Below, piece after piece: positions 1 to 10,061 of a stretch of DNA of 64,000 bases. A program made the translations under genes and the position numbers. The notes under the pieces were generated by a model that was not told where the DNA came from, did no database searches, and was given only the letters and a program-made list of their open reading frames with translations. The DNA is from Spirochaetia bacterium (GTDB taxonomy: Bacteria > Spirochaetota > Spirochaetia > SZUA-6 > Bin103): positions 128,001-192,000 of the forward strand of contig CBDAOI010000002.1 of the NCBI GenBank assembly GCA_965198005.1, in the 5' to 3' direction. How positions within the stretch are numbered: position 1 is the stretch's first letter; every line of letters begins with the position of its first letter.

Positions 1-1677
1 TCGCGCCTCCGCCGCCCCGAGCCACGCATACATCGCCCACAGTCTCGGCGAATCCGTTTCCTCCAGCCGGCGCTCCAGTTCGAATATCGCGGCTCCGCGC
101 GATCGGGCACCGATCAGCGTGTGGAGTGCGTCCTGCCGCTCCTCGACGACTTCCAGAAACGGCACGACGTCAAGCGCCGCGGGCCCGTCGTAGAAGACTC
201 GCTTTACGATTGTCCATCGCATCGGATCCGGTTCGACCGATATTGCGCCATTCGCCCGTTCGCGGATGACGCCCGCCGCGCTAAGTTTCGCGAGGTCGCT
301 GCTGACGTCGAACAATGCCCTGCCCAGCAGTTGGGAGACTGCGGTCTGCCGGACTCCGGCAGCGCCGCCAAGCGCGAACGGCGCCAGCAATCTCAGAGTG
401 CCTATGTCCATGATCTGGCCCAGCCCCCGGGCAAGTTCGTCGACCAACGACGCTCCGCTGAAGACGTCCTGGACGTTGCCCGTAAGACTCAGGTGAGCGA
501 GGGTGGCTGCGAGACCCGGACGACCGGCGGCCTGCTTGCGAATCGTCCAAAGCAACCGGTCCGGTCCGCGAACGCCGATCGACTTGATGATCTCCACCAT
601 CGTGTCGGCATCGATACGCTCGAGGCGCAGCTCCGCCGTCCGCCCCACGTTGAGCGCGCTGCGGACAGCAACGGCCGCCCCCGGCCAGCTCGTCGCGATG
701 ATTCGAAACTCGGCTCCCACCTCCCTTCTGATCTGATTGAGTTCCGCAATCTGTGCGGGTCTGACGTGCGCGTCGTCCACGATCACTGCTGCCGGACGCA
801 GACTGCGCAGGTCGTTTGCGATCTGCGTGCGGTCCTGATCGACCAGGAAGCGCGCATCTCCCTGCAGCGCCAGCGACCGCAACAGAAACGTCTTTCCTGA
901 CCCTGGCTCGCCGACAAGCAGGCAATCACGCTCTTGCTCCAACAGCCAGCGCATCTCGCGTTCACGGCCGAGCACCGCATCGCCCAGCAGCGGCCGCTGG
1001 GTGACGGGAAACAGGCTCAGCGCTGCGGGGCGTCCCGTAACTCCCAAGAGGCGCCGGCACCATTCAGGCTCCCGGTAGAGACGCTGTGCGAACCAATCCT
1101 GGTCGTAGGTCTGCCGGAGCGTCACGCCTCGCGCACGAGCCGTTTCGAAGAGCTTGCGCCGAATCGCAGGCGTGATTCGTCTTGAGGTGGCAAACAACAC
1201 GCTCGCGGAGTTCCACGTCGTGTGCTCAATCCGCTTGATACTGCGCGACAGGTTGTCGTCGAGCTTTTCGCCGGTGGTGGCAACCAGCGGAAACGGCTCG
1301 CCTGCCCGGTCGGCAACGGCACCGTCAAAGCCATCGTCGGCGCCGCCACGAACCGGGACCAGCGTCGGCCACTGCTGACGGAGCAAAGCGACCGCGCACG
1401 CTTCAAATACATCAGGGTCCAGTCGTCGGTTGAGAGAGTCCAGAATCGCCTGATGGTGTGGGTCGAGCGTGACGGCGGAGGACCTCGTGACCGCTGACCC
1501 CGAACGATGCGAGCTGGCGACCCTTTCAATACGATCCATCATTGGCGCCGAAATGGTGAGTTCTCCCCGTTCCCAACGTGCGACCGTGTTGGGCTGAACC
1601 TCGACAGCATCAGCCAGCTCCTTCTGCGTGAGGCCGATACGCTGGCGAAGCGCCTTGATGTCAGTGATCCGGTCCAT
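1..1677 (-). CDS. XRE-HTH + Mrr-like REase-fold + STAND NTPase protein (Avs-like), partial, runs off left edge
   Basis: Manually translated, open from ATG 1677 to base 1 (559 codons). Motifs: IKALRQRIGLTQKELADAVEVQPNTVARWERG (XRE HTH); DPDVFE...GGADDGFDG (Mrr-like); LLVGEPGSGKT Walker A; AVIVDDAH Walker B; IIATSW; AAGRPGLA (GxP). Confidence 0.85.
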   Translation of the reverse strand, partial: MDRITDIKALRQRIGLTQKELADAVEVQPNTVARWERGELTISAPMMDRIERVASSHRSGSAVTRSSAVTLDPHHQAILDSLNRRLDPDVFEACAVALLRQQWPTLVPVRGGADDGFDGAVADRAGEPFPLVATTGEKLDDNLSRSIKRIEHTTWNSASVLFATSRRITPAIRRKLFETARARGVTLRQTYDQDWFAQRLYREPEWCRRLLGVTGRPAALSLFPVTQRPLLGDAVLGREREMRWLLEQERDCLLVGEPGSGKTFLLRSLALQGDARFLVDQDRTQIANDLRSLRPAAVIVDDAHVRPAQIAELNQIRREVGAEFRIIATSWPGAAVAVRSALNVGRTAELRLERIDADTMVEIIKSIGVRGPDRLLWTIRKQAAGRPGLAATLAHLSLTGNVQDVFSGASLVDELARGLGQIMDIGTLRLLAPFALGGAAGVRQTAVSQLLGRALFDVSSDLAKLSAAGVIRERANGAISVEPDPMRWTIVKRVFYDGPAALDVVPFLEVVEERQDALHTLIGARSRGAAIFELERRLEETDSPRLWAMYAWLGAAEAR

Positions 1678-1701
1678 GCCAACAAACTACAATCTCTATT
1701 G

Positions 1702-1730
1702 TGTATACGTCAAGTATACCATACTGTCAA
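1702..1730 (-). promoter_or_regulatory. sigma70-like promoter TTGACA-N17-TATACA with two GTATAC dyads
   Basis: tgtcaa at 1725-1730 and tgtata at 1702-1707, 17-bp spacer; GTATAC at 1703-1708 and 1714-1719. Confidence 0.65.
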
Positions 1731-1837
1731 ACGCTGTCGGCGACGGGGTCGATCACCCGGCCTTGCCTGCGCTACAATCATCGTTGTAGTCGACGATGGT
1801 CACCGGCACTACCATGGACGGCAATATGGAGGGCACC

Positions 1838-2026
1838 ATGAGCGCAGAGCTTGTCGCCATTATCGCCGCCGCCGTAAGCCTCGGCGGTCTGGTACTCGCC
1901 CGTACCACGACCATTGACGCGCGCTTGCGATCCGTCGAATCGGACCTTTCGTTCCTCAACGGTCTGATTCAGGGCGCCGGATTGCCGGCGCACCGTGACC
2001 CCGACCAAAATGGGCACGCTGCGTAG
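1838..2026 (+). CDS. small hypothetical membrane protein (N-terminal TM helix + coiled segment)
   Basis: GGAGGG RBS then MSAELVAIIAAAVSLGGLVLA...IDARLRSVESDLSFLNGLI. Confidence 0.55.
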   Translation: MSAELVAIIAAAVSLGGLVLARTTTIDARLRSVESDLSFLNGLIQGAGLPAHRDPDQNGHAA

Positions 2027-2267
2027 TGGCGGCGCTTTCCGTCCCGCTCCGGCACCACCACGGCACCAGCCTGGCTCACCGAAGCACTGCCGGTCGAATC
2101 GAGCGCAACGGGAGGGATGCGGCGCTGCTGTTACCCGCGAGGTGTCTGCGGTGCTGCGCGTCGCTTCCGCGGCGTTTTCGCGAACGCGTGACGTTGAAGG
2201 TGATTGAGACCGCTGTCGGGGCGCAGGCGCGGTTCGACGAGCCGATTGAAAGAGCCCTGCGGGAGAT

Positions 2268-2873
2268 ATGAAAGGAGACACCGACCCGCGGCTGGTAACC
2301 AGGATCGCCCTGCGGAACTACAAGAGCATCGCCGCGTGTGACGTACTGTTGGCGCCGCTGTCCTTTCTCGTTGGCCCGAACGGGTGCGGCAAGAGCAACT
2401 TCCTTGATGCCTTGCGCTTCGTGGCCGAGGCACTGCGCTTCTCGCTCGACCACGCGCTCCGCGACCGCGGCGGCATTCAGGAGGTGCGGAGACGTTCCGG
2501 CGGCCACCCCAACCACTTCGGCATTCGCCTTGATCTTCAGCTCCCCCGCGCGGTGGGCTGGTATGCATTTCGGGTTGCGGCCAAACCCGGTGGTCGTTAC
2601 AGCGTCCAGCGTGAGGAGTGCTCCGTGCTCGGCGCGGAGAGCCACGGCTCCTACAAAGTCGCAGACGGCAAGGTGATTGACAGCACGATACCCAATCCCC
2701 CGGCCTGCGCCAGCGACCGCCTCTATCTCGTCAACATGTCAGGACTGGACGTGTTCCGTCCGCTCTATGACGCGCTCTCGGGAATGGGATTCTACAATCT
2801 GAATCCCGAAGCGATTCGCGACATCCAGTCCCCGGACCCCGGGGAGCTCCTTAAGTCTTAAGCGGGACGGGAG
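2268..2873 (+). pseudogene. ABC/AAA_21-type ATPase, N-terminal fragment
   Basis: LRNYKSI, LVGPNGCGKSN Walker A. A 7-bp duplication cttaag-t-cttaag (2850-2862) stops the frame; no signature motif or Walker B. Confidence 0.8.
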
Positions 2874-3155
2874 CAGAGCTTACCCAAACGGTGAGCTCAG
2901 ACAGCCCCGTTGGCGGCGACATCCGACAGGGATTCGTGTACCAGCGTGTGCCTCACATCACCATCAAGTCGATCGCCCACAACGCGGAGATCGACGTGAT
3001 CTGGGAGCGGTGGCAGGAAACGCTGGACCCGCTGCGGGCGGAACTGAACAGAGCACATGGCCGCGCGTGGTTGGAATGGGAAATCCCACGGGAAGCCGGC
3101 GACCCGTGACCTGACCCGGCCACGGCAGCATGGAAGCGCATGCAGGCGGCCCAGC
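2874..3155 (+). pseudogene. type III Mod methyltransferase internal fragment
   Basis: GGDIRQGFVYQRVPHITIKSIAHNAEIDVIWERWQ is a diverged copy of the gene at 12543-15479; TGG>TGA at 3107-3109. Confidence 0.85.
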
Positions 3156-3443
3156 TCGGAGCAGAGAGAGCGACTGCGCCGGCAGAACCGTCACGTGCGG
3201 CTTCAGCTCGGCGAGGAACGCCCGCAGTTTGTCGAACCCGAGCCGTGCCTGCACGAGCGCCAGCAACTCCACGCATACGTACTTCCGTAGTAATACACGA
3301 ATGGGCACACGTCGTACCATAAGCGGTGTGCCGGTTGCGGCTCGCATCCAGCGCGCGGTACTCGGAACTGCGCGGCCTCCGGAGGCCGGCATCTGCGCGC
3401 AGCCGGTGGCGGTCCCGCGGCAGACCTTCAGAAACGGCCGGCT

Positions 3444-6400
3444 TCACCGCCCGGGCAGGCCAAGTCGCACCGCCTCCAGGGTCATTTCAAGACATCGATC
3501 CAGGTCGCGTGAGAGTTCGCGGGCGCTGAAGCGCGTCACCTGCCACCCTTCGGCCTCGACGGCTCGGTCGCGGTTGGAACTCGCTCCCGATTTCCGAGGA
3601 AAGGCAGGTCCATCGCACTCGACGTCCAGTCGAACCTCCCCGTCTTCGACAGCGATGTCGAGTCGGTGCCCCGCCACCACTGCGCCCGTTCTGGCGGGAA
3701 CCCCACGGCGCAGAAGCGCCTCGAACAATTCCATCACGATCGGACTGTCGAAACCGCTCGCTTCGATTCTGGTCACGTAGCCCGCCAGACGCCTCAGTAC
3801 GGTCTCATGTGCGCTGCACGCTTCGATATCTCCAATGATGACCAAGCGACGACGCGCACGCGTCAAAGCGACGTTGATCAGATTCGGGTCGGCCGCGAAT
3901 CTGAGTTGCCCGCTTGTCGTCGACTGATCGACGACGGGCGAGAAATACAAGACGTCGCACTCGTCGCCCTGGAATCGGTGCACGGTGGCAATAGTCATCG
4001 GCTCGACGCCGTTGCGCCCGATCTCCGCGGCCAGCAGCTCCCCGACCAGCTCTGCCTGCGCGCTGTACGGCGTGACAACGCCGATAGAAAGATCAGGTGA
4101 TCGGGAGTTCGCAAGCTCCCCGGACACTTGCCGGACGACAGCCTCGGCCTCGGCGCGATTGATCCGGCTTCGCCCGCGCGGACCGCGGGCGGCCTGTCCC
4201 GAAACTCGTATCCACTCGATGGCACGCAAGCCGGCGGGTGGCTTCCGGTCGCTGCACAGCTCCATGTTCCCGTCGTAGAACTCGGTGTTGGCGAAGCCGA
4301 TGATGGCCGGATGCGACCGGAAGTGCAGGTCGAGGAACAGGGGCGGCGCCCCGATCCGCGCCACCGCCAAGTCGAAACAGCTATGGTCGCGGTAGCTGAA
4401 CGCTTCGGCGCGCTCCTCCGCCAAGCCCCATCTCCGCGCAATGAGCCGCTCACGCGCATGGCTGAGCGTAGTGACGTGGATCAGTTGCCGCTGATCGCCA
4501 ATGATGAGCGCACGCTTCGCACGCACCAGCAACGGTAGCGTAGACGCCACGTCGCACTGTGACGCCTCGTCTATCACCACCAGATCGAACAGCCCTGGTT
4601 GCAGCGGCAGATTGGTGCGAGCGGAAAGATTCGTCACCGCCCACACCGGCAGCGCGGGCAGTGCGCCGGGAATGAGACCGAGCGCACGGCCAGCCCCCGA
4701 TCCTGCCTGCGCTGCCCGTTTGAGGTGCTGGGCGTACTGGCCGGCGGCGACGCGAGCCGACGGGACGGCGCCACGAAGCTGCTCCCACCGCGCGTCCAGC
4801 AACGCGCGCCCAGCCTGTACCCGGTCGGGGGAGAGCGCCACCAACCGGTCGTCGAGGTCGTGCTTCGGCGGCAGTCCGCCGAGACGAACCCGAGCTTCGC
4901 TGATGTTTTGCCGGCACGCCAGTACGTCGAGCAGCGTCCGGACTCTCTCCTCGACCGGCCCGAAATCGCGGCGCGGGCTGAACGATCGGCGCGGGCGATC
5001 GGCGACCGATGCCAGACATTCCTCGACCTCCGATTCGGCAAGATCGAGCAGAGCGCCAAGACGCCGCAGCATCTCGCGCGCCTGTTCAAGCCGTTCGCTG
5101 TGTCGCACCCATCGCTTGAACAGGCCCAACCGGCGTCCGAAAGCATCCAGCGCGACACGCACATCGGCAAGCGTACGATCCAGCAGTTCGCCGGCATCCA
5201 GTTCCGACTCCTCGGCGGCTTCGACCAGGATATCGGGAGGAAGCAGATCCAGCCCCTGCAGGCGGGCGTCTAGCTGCGCTATCTCGGCCTCGATCCGGTC
5301 CCGCTCGTGCATCTCCTGAAGCACGGATCGCACACGTTCGGCGATCGGTGTCCAACGCGTGCGTGATACGGTCGGATCGACTTGACGCGGGGGACTCGCA
5401 ATTGCGCCGGCTACGTAGTCTGCGACCTCCTCCCTGAGAGCAGCGCCTCCGGCTCGCACGACGATCCCGTGCGGAGAGGTCTCGCGCAGCCGATCGACCA
5501 CGACATCCACCGCCTTGTTGTTCTTCGACGCCAGCAGCACGGTCTCGCCGCGGCATACGGCGGCGGCTACGACGTTCACCAGCACCTGCGACTTTCCGGT
5601 CCCGGGCGGGCCGGTTACCACCGTGAACTCGTTCGTCATCGCGGCGTGCACCGCGTGATCCTGCGCCAGGGAGGAGGGTACGAGCGTCGGATGCGCCTCC
5701 GGGAGCGGCGGGTCCGCAACCGAACCGGTACCCAACAACACGGCGGCCGGGCCACGCCGCAGCAGCTCCGGCCGATTCGCCAGTTCGTGCAGGTCGACGA
5801 CAAGGTTCCGCACGAATGGTAAGCGGCCTGACGTTGCCATCAACACACCGGTGTTGCGGATGGTGCCGTGTCCATCCGACAGCGGAGTAAGCGCGCCGGG
5901 CCGGAGATCGCTCAGCCCGGCGACACCGCAGTCGCCGAGCACTCGGAGAATCGCTTCCGCACGGGCACCCGAGCTGGACGCTTCCTCCACCTCCGGGCTC
6001 TCATCCACCGCTTTCACGAATGCCTCACGCTCATCCCGAGCGAAACCGAGAAGATCGAGCGCAAAGGGATTGAGCTCTACGAACTCACCGGGGCGTTGGC
6101 AACGCCATATTCCGTGTTGGAAGTGTAGTCGCACTTCGGTGAGCAGCAACGGGGATGCGGCCATGCCACCCGGTCCCGAGAACGTGCGCCCCACGATGAG
6201 CGGCCAGCCGGCAATCTGCGTCTCACCCACAGCCCGTGCGCGGCGCTCGCACCAATCGCGGCTCTCCGGATCATCCGCTACCGAGATCGAGGCATGGAAC
6301 GGACTCTTTCGGCCGGCGATCTCGATATGATCGCGACTGCCGGGAACCAGACGCAACGAGCCGGCGGCTTCCGCTTCTACGCAATCGCGAAAGAATCCGA

Positions 6401-6686
6401 CCAGGGCGACCAACTCGTCCTCAGGTGGTTTGTTCCGGTCGACCATCGTCTGCCGCGCGTGGATTTCAGGGGCGCCGTTGAACATGCGCACCTTGCCCTG
6501 GACGCGGACCTGATCGCCGGATTGCGGAGCCAGGCCGGCCTCCCACCACACGACCGTCAACTCATCGTCGCCTTGCGCGTGCAGCGTCGCCTTCACCGCC
6601 GGGCCGTTCCTGGTCGCGAAAGTCCTTCGCCTGCCTACCTTGCCCACGACGTCGACCGATTGTCCGTCTGTCAGGGGGTGCTGCAT
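3444..6686 (-). CDS. SF1 (Upf1/DNA2-like) helicase with N-terminal OB-fold and C-terminal Vsr/DUF559-like nuclease
   Basis: GPPGTGKS, ASKNNKAVD, VVIDEASQ, GDQRQL, HFRSHP, VTPYSAQ, TVHRFQGDE, NVALTRAR; C-terminal FDSPIV..LDIAV..VECDG..GWQVTRF. Start set at ATG 6686 after GGAG. Confidence 0.85.
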   Translation of the reverse strand: MQHPLTDGQSVDVVGKVGRRRTFATRNGPAVKATLHAQGDDELTVVWWEAGLAPQSGDQVRVQGKVRMFNGAPEIHARQTMVDRNKPPEDELVALVGFFRDCVEAEAAGSLRLVPGSRDHIEIAGRKSPFHASISVADDPESRDWCERRARAVGETQIAGWPLIVGRTFSGPGGMAASPLLLTEVRLHFQHGIWRCQRPGEFVELNPFALDLLGFARDEREAFVKAVDESPEVEEASSSGARAEAILRVLGDCGVAGLSDLRPGALTPLSDGHGTIRNTGVLMATSGRLPFVRNLVVDLHELANRPELLRRGPAAVLLGTGSVADPPLPEAHPTLVPSSLAQDHAVHAAMTNEFTVVTGPPGTGKSQVLVNVVAAAVCRGETVLLASKNNKAVDVVVDRLRETSPHGIVVRAGGAALREEVADYVAGAIASPPRQVDPTVSRTRWTPIAERVRSVLQEMHERDRIEAEIAQLDARLQGLDLLPPDILVEAAEESELDAGELLDRTLADVRVALDAFGRRLGLFKRWVRHSERLEQAREMLRRLGALLDLAESEVEECLASVADRPRRSFSPRRDFGPVEERVRTLLDVLACRQNISEARVRLGGLPPKHDLDDRLVALSPDRVQAGRALLDARWEQLRGAVPSARVAAGQYAQHLKRAAQAGSGAGRALGLIPGALPALPVWAVTNLSARTNLPLQPGLFDLVVIDEASQCDVASTLPLLVRAKRALIIGDQRQLIHVTTLSHARERLIARRWGLAEERAEAFSYRDHSCFDLAVARIGAPPLFLDLHFRSHPAIIGFANTEFYDGNMELCSDRKPPAGLRAIEWIRVSGQAARGPRGRSRINRAEAEAVVRQVSGELANSRSPDLSIGVVTPYSAQAELVGELLAAEIGRNGVEPMTIATVHRFQGDECDVLYFSPVVDQSTTSGQLRFAADPNLINVALTRARRRLVIIGDIEACSAHETVLRRLAGYVTRIEASGFDSPIVMELFEALLRRGVPARTGAVVAGHRLDIAVEDGEVRLDVECDGPAFPRKSGASSNRDRAVEAEGWQVTRFSARELSRDLDRCLEMTLEAVRLGLPGR

Positions 6687-6885
6687 CACTTCGTCTCCAC
6701 GTCGGGTGGCTGGGACCACACCATGCCGCGCTACCGCGGACGTGATCGCGCGAACCGATCGGCGTGATAGTATAGAATACTTGGCATAATGGCCCTCCCG
6801 GCGGCCGATCGCCCTGCCGTCTGCCGGGCCCGACGCAGGAGCCCGCCCGATAACTGATCTCCCGCGCGGCAAGGAGCAGGTTGAA

Positions 6886-7095
6886 ATGGAGTACACGGCT
6901 ATCGTCAAACGTAGCGGAGAGTGGTGGATCGGCTGGATCGAGGAAGTGCCCGGCGTCAACTGCCAGGAACGCACTCACGAGGAGCTCCGCAAGAGCCTCG
7001 CCGAAGCCCTCTCCGAAGCCCTGGAATTCAATCGTCGCGAGGCTCGCGCCGCTGCAGGTGACAACTACCGCGAGGAAAAAGTCGCCGTGGCATGA
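6886..7095 (+). CDS. hicB: HicB-family antitoxin
   Basis: YTAIVKRSGEWWIGWIEEVPGVNCQERTHEELRKSL, RBS AAGGAG; no intact hicA follows. Confidence 0.8.
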   Translation: MEYTAIVKRSGEWWIGWIEEVPGVNCQERTHEELRKSLAEALSEALEFNRREARAAAGDNYREEKVAVA

Positions 7096-7146
7096 AGCGG
7101 ATCCAACACATCAACACCGGCACAGCGAATGAGGTAGTATGCCCGC

Positions 7147-7905
7147 GTGGAGCAGCGGTTCTTCGAACAACCGATCCTCAACTCGCCGTACGAGTACCCC
7201 GCCCGGCACTGGGAGCTGGACGCGAACCGGCAGCCCACCAACCGCATCGTGGAGCGCCGCCGCACGGTGTCGTTCATCACGCCGATCCCCGCCGCCCGCA
7301 AGCAGCGTGCGAAGCAGCGGGAGATGGTGTTCGACGAAGCTTGCCTCTCGGACCAGGATCTGCTGCGCGAAGTGATGAACACCGTCGGCGTAGCGGGCCG
7401 CCTCGGCGGCTCCACCCGCTGCGTGGTGTCGGTCTCGATGCTCACCGAGGGCTGGGACGCGCGCACCGTCACCCACATCCTCGGGGTGCGCGCGTTCGGC
7501 ACGCAGCTTCTCTGCGAGCAGGTGGTCGGCCGCGCCCTGCGCCGCCAGTCCTACGATCTGAACGAAGAGGATCTGTTCAACGTCGAGTATGCCGACGTGC
7601 TCGGCATCCCGTTCGACTTCATCGCCGAGCCAGTCGTCGCCAAGCAGCAGAAACCACGCGCGACGGTAACGGTCAGGGCGATCACCCCGGATCGGGATGA
7701 CTGCGAAATCCGGTTCCCGCGCGTCCAGGGCTACCGCGTCGAGTTGCCCGAAGAGCACGTGGACGCAAGGTTCGACGAGGACTCGACGCTCGTGCTCACC
7801 CCGGAGATCGTCGGTCCTTCCATCACCCACGACGCCGGGATCATCGGCCAGGGCGTCGACCTGAACCTGATCCACCGCCGGGATCTGCGCCCTTCGACGC
7901 TGGTC
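7147..7905 (+). pseudogene. type III Res (restriction subunit) deletion derivative
   Basis: FFEQPILNSPYEYP N-terminus joined directly to RCVVSVSMLTEGWD...CEQVVGRALRR; Walker A/DEAH region and nuclease domain missing. Confidence 0.85.
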
Positions 7906-8018
7906 CGACGTGTACACGCTGCGGGAGGATTCTCCTTAAGCGCTTCGAGCGTGGGCCGAACCAAGTCACGACGACTTCGTTTTCGATGGTTGTAGTGATC
8001 GGACGTAGCGAGGAACCG

Positions 8019-8492
8019 GTGCGGCAGAGCGTATATCTCGAGACGACTGTGATCAGCTACTTGACTGCTTGGAGAAGTCCGCAACTCATGATGGCAGCCC
8101 ACCAGCAAGTCACACGAATGTGGTGGGACGAACAGCGAAACAAGTACGACCTGTTCGTCTCGCAAGCCGTCGTTGAAGAAGCATCGTCAGGTGATCCCGG
8201 CGCAGCGCAACGACGGCTCTCGGCAATCGAGGATATTCCTGTACTCGCCATCAGTGACGACGTACGCGACCTGTCCAAATCGTTGCTTGCCGATTCTCCC
8301 CTGCCCGATAAAGCTGGAATCGACGCGCTGCACATCGCGGTAGCTACCGTCAATGGGATTGACTACCTGTTGACTTGGAATTGTCGGCACATCGCCAACG
8401 CGGCACTGCGCCACCAAATTGACGCCATCTGCGCGTTCTCCGGTTACCAGGCACCGGTGCTCTGTACACCACTCGAATTGATGGAGGAATGA
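8019..8492 (+). CDS. PIN-domain (VapC-like) toxin
   Basis: VYLETTVISYL...DALHIAVATVNGIDYLLTWNCRHIAN. Confidence 0.85.
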   Translation: MRQSVYLETTVISYLTAWRSPQLMMAAHQQVTRMWWDEQRNKYDLFVSQAVVEEASSGDPGAAQRRLSAIEDIPVLAISDDVRDLSKSLLADSPLPDKAGIDALHIAVATVNGIDYLLTWNCRHIANAALRHQIDAICAFSGYQAPVLCTPLELMEE

Positions 8493-8674
8493 GGGCTATG
8501 CTGGAGGATCCCATAGTCAAGGAGATCCGGGAGATACGCAACGCATACGCCAGGAAGTTCGATCATGACCTGGACGCGATCTGTCGGGATCTGCAAGAGA
8601 AGCAGCGGCTAGGCGAACGACGAGTCGTCTCGCGGCCGCCGAAACGCCCGCGGGGCACGCGCGTCGGCCAGTAG
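8489..8674 (+). CDS. small PIN-partner protein (putative antitoxin)
   Basis: DPIVKEIREIRNAYARKFDHDLDAI; ATGA overlap with the PIN gene; paralog at 15968. Confidence 0.7.
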   Translation: MRAMLEDPIVKEIREIRNAYARKFDHDLDAICRDLQEKQRLGERRVVSRPPKRPRGTRVGQ

Positions 8675-8804
8675 GCGGTCACTGAGTGCTCCATATGTTA
8701 AATGGTAGTCTGGACTAGGTAACGGATATCCTCAATCGAGTCTCAGAAATATGGGTTCGTGTTCAGACTTCTTGTCGACGTAGTACGTCACCGAACCGTG
8801 GATC

Positions 8805-8995
8805 TTAGTTCGTCGTAAACAAGTGAGCATGTCGTATTCTCGCACTCTGAAAGAGACGTCGAAGTAACGGAGCGATGATTGCTACCGCCCGATCACGATC
8901 GAATCTTTCACAACGCTCACGGAAACCTGATATCATTTCTTGGGTACACACGGATACGTGTACCAAAAGGTGAATCACCACATTCGTATCCGGGA
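8805..8995 (-). pseudogene. degenerate PIN-domain remnant
   Basis: PDTNVVIHLL start motif and ..LFTTN end; interior deleted. Confidence 0.4.
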
Positions 8996-9087
8996 ACGAG
9001 CCTTGCGTCGAAGAGGTCCGAAACGGAGACAGATACCGAGTCGATGAGCATGAGGTGACTCGGATAAGGGGAGGAGTTATGTAGCGC

Positions 9088-9561
9088 TTACGAGGGCGCT
9101 CCGGCCTCGAGCCCGGCAATCGTGACCGTCGCGATCTCATCGAACCCCGTGAAGTCGTCCCCGTTTTCAGTAACCAGAGTGCGGATGCCGTGGACCGCCA
9201 TCGTCGCCACGATGTTGGCGTCATGGAACCGCTTGCCGCGCAGGCCCTGCCTGAGGCCGAGGTCGCGCAAGCGCTGGGCCACCGCTTCGGTTTCATCGTA
9301 CGTGTGAAGGTGACGAAGGAACTGGTGCAGGTTCGCGGTCGCGTCCGCAACCGCCAGACCGAGACCGTTAACCTCCGCGGGCCGCGTCGCCACCACCAGA
9401 TACTCGCGCAGAATCTGCCCGCTCGCTGCCAGGTAAACTCCCCGCGCGCCGGACTCGGCGATCAGCCGGCACGCCTCCCGGTGGTGCGAGCGCGATTCGT
9501 CGGTGGCCGACAGCAGCACGTTGGTATCGACGAACACGACCTCACCGACCATCGGCGCCAT
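9088..9561 (-). CDS. vapC: VapC/PIN toxin
   Basis: VFVDTNVLL, QILREY, FHDANIVA, LVTENGDDF. Confidence 0.9.
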   Translation of the reverse strand: MAPMVGEVVFVDTNVLLSATDESRSHHREACRLIAESGARGVYLAASGQILREYLVVATRPAEVNGLGLAVADATANLHQFLRHLHTYDETEAVAQRLRDLGLRQGLRGKRFHDANIVATMAVHGIRTLVTENGDDFTGFDEIATVTIAGLEAGAPS

Positions 9562-9772
9562 AGATCTCTTCGCGGCTCCACGACCCCGTGTAGCCGGTCC
9601 TGACCGTCACCAGCTTGAGCTCGGCCGTGGCGCCCTCGGGTGGCGCCATCCTGGCCGCCCGCTCCAGAATGACGCGCAGTTCGCCCTGCAGCGACCTATG
9701 GTGGCTGCGCGCCAGCCGCTTCAAGGCGTTGATCGTCTCCGGCGGAACCCGAGTAATGTGTACTGCATTCAT
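9542..9772 (-). CDS. FitA/Arc-like ribbon-helix-helix antitoxin
   Basis: MNAVHITRVPPETINALKRLARSHHRSLQGELRVILERA; overlaps the PIN gene start. Confidence 0.8.
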   Translation of the reverse strand: MNAVHITRVPPETINALKRLARSHHRSLQGELRVILERAARMAPPEGATAELKLVTVRTGYTGSWSREEIYGADGR

Positions 9773-10061
9773 ATCTGTATCGTAATCATACAATCCGTGC
9801 GAGCGCAACCTGGGTGCGGGGGCTGCGGAGGTATGTCTGCACTGCGCAGAGCGACTGTACTCGAAGGACACGGTAGAGTACTTGGACAAGTGCGCGCCAA
9901 GCTGAGTAGCCAGGATGTCTGCCGATTCACACCGATAGGGCAATCTCTCCAGGTAGTCACTCCTCGCGGCTGATCTGCCGCGGCCCCCGATAGTCCGCTG
10001 AGCACCCCGGACAAGCCGGACAAGCCTTACGGGTGTCTCCGTTTTCATTTAGGATAGCGCC

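Noticed and set aside
121-900. 259-aa plus-strand ORF
   Set aside because: Antisense shadow of the minus-strand STAND gene.
6687-6974. N-terminal extension of the SF1 helicase
   Set aside because: Overlaps the divergent hicB; a better RBS and ATG lie at 6686.
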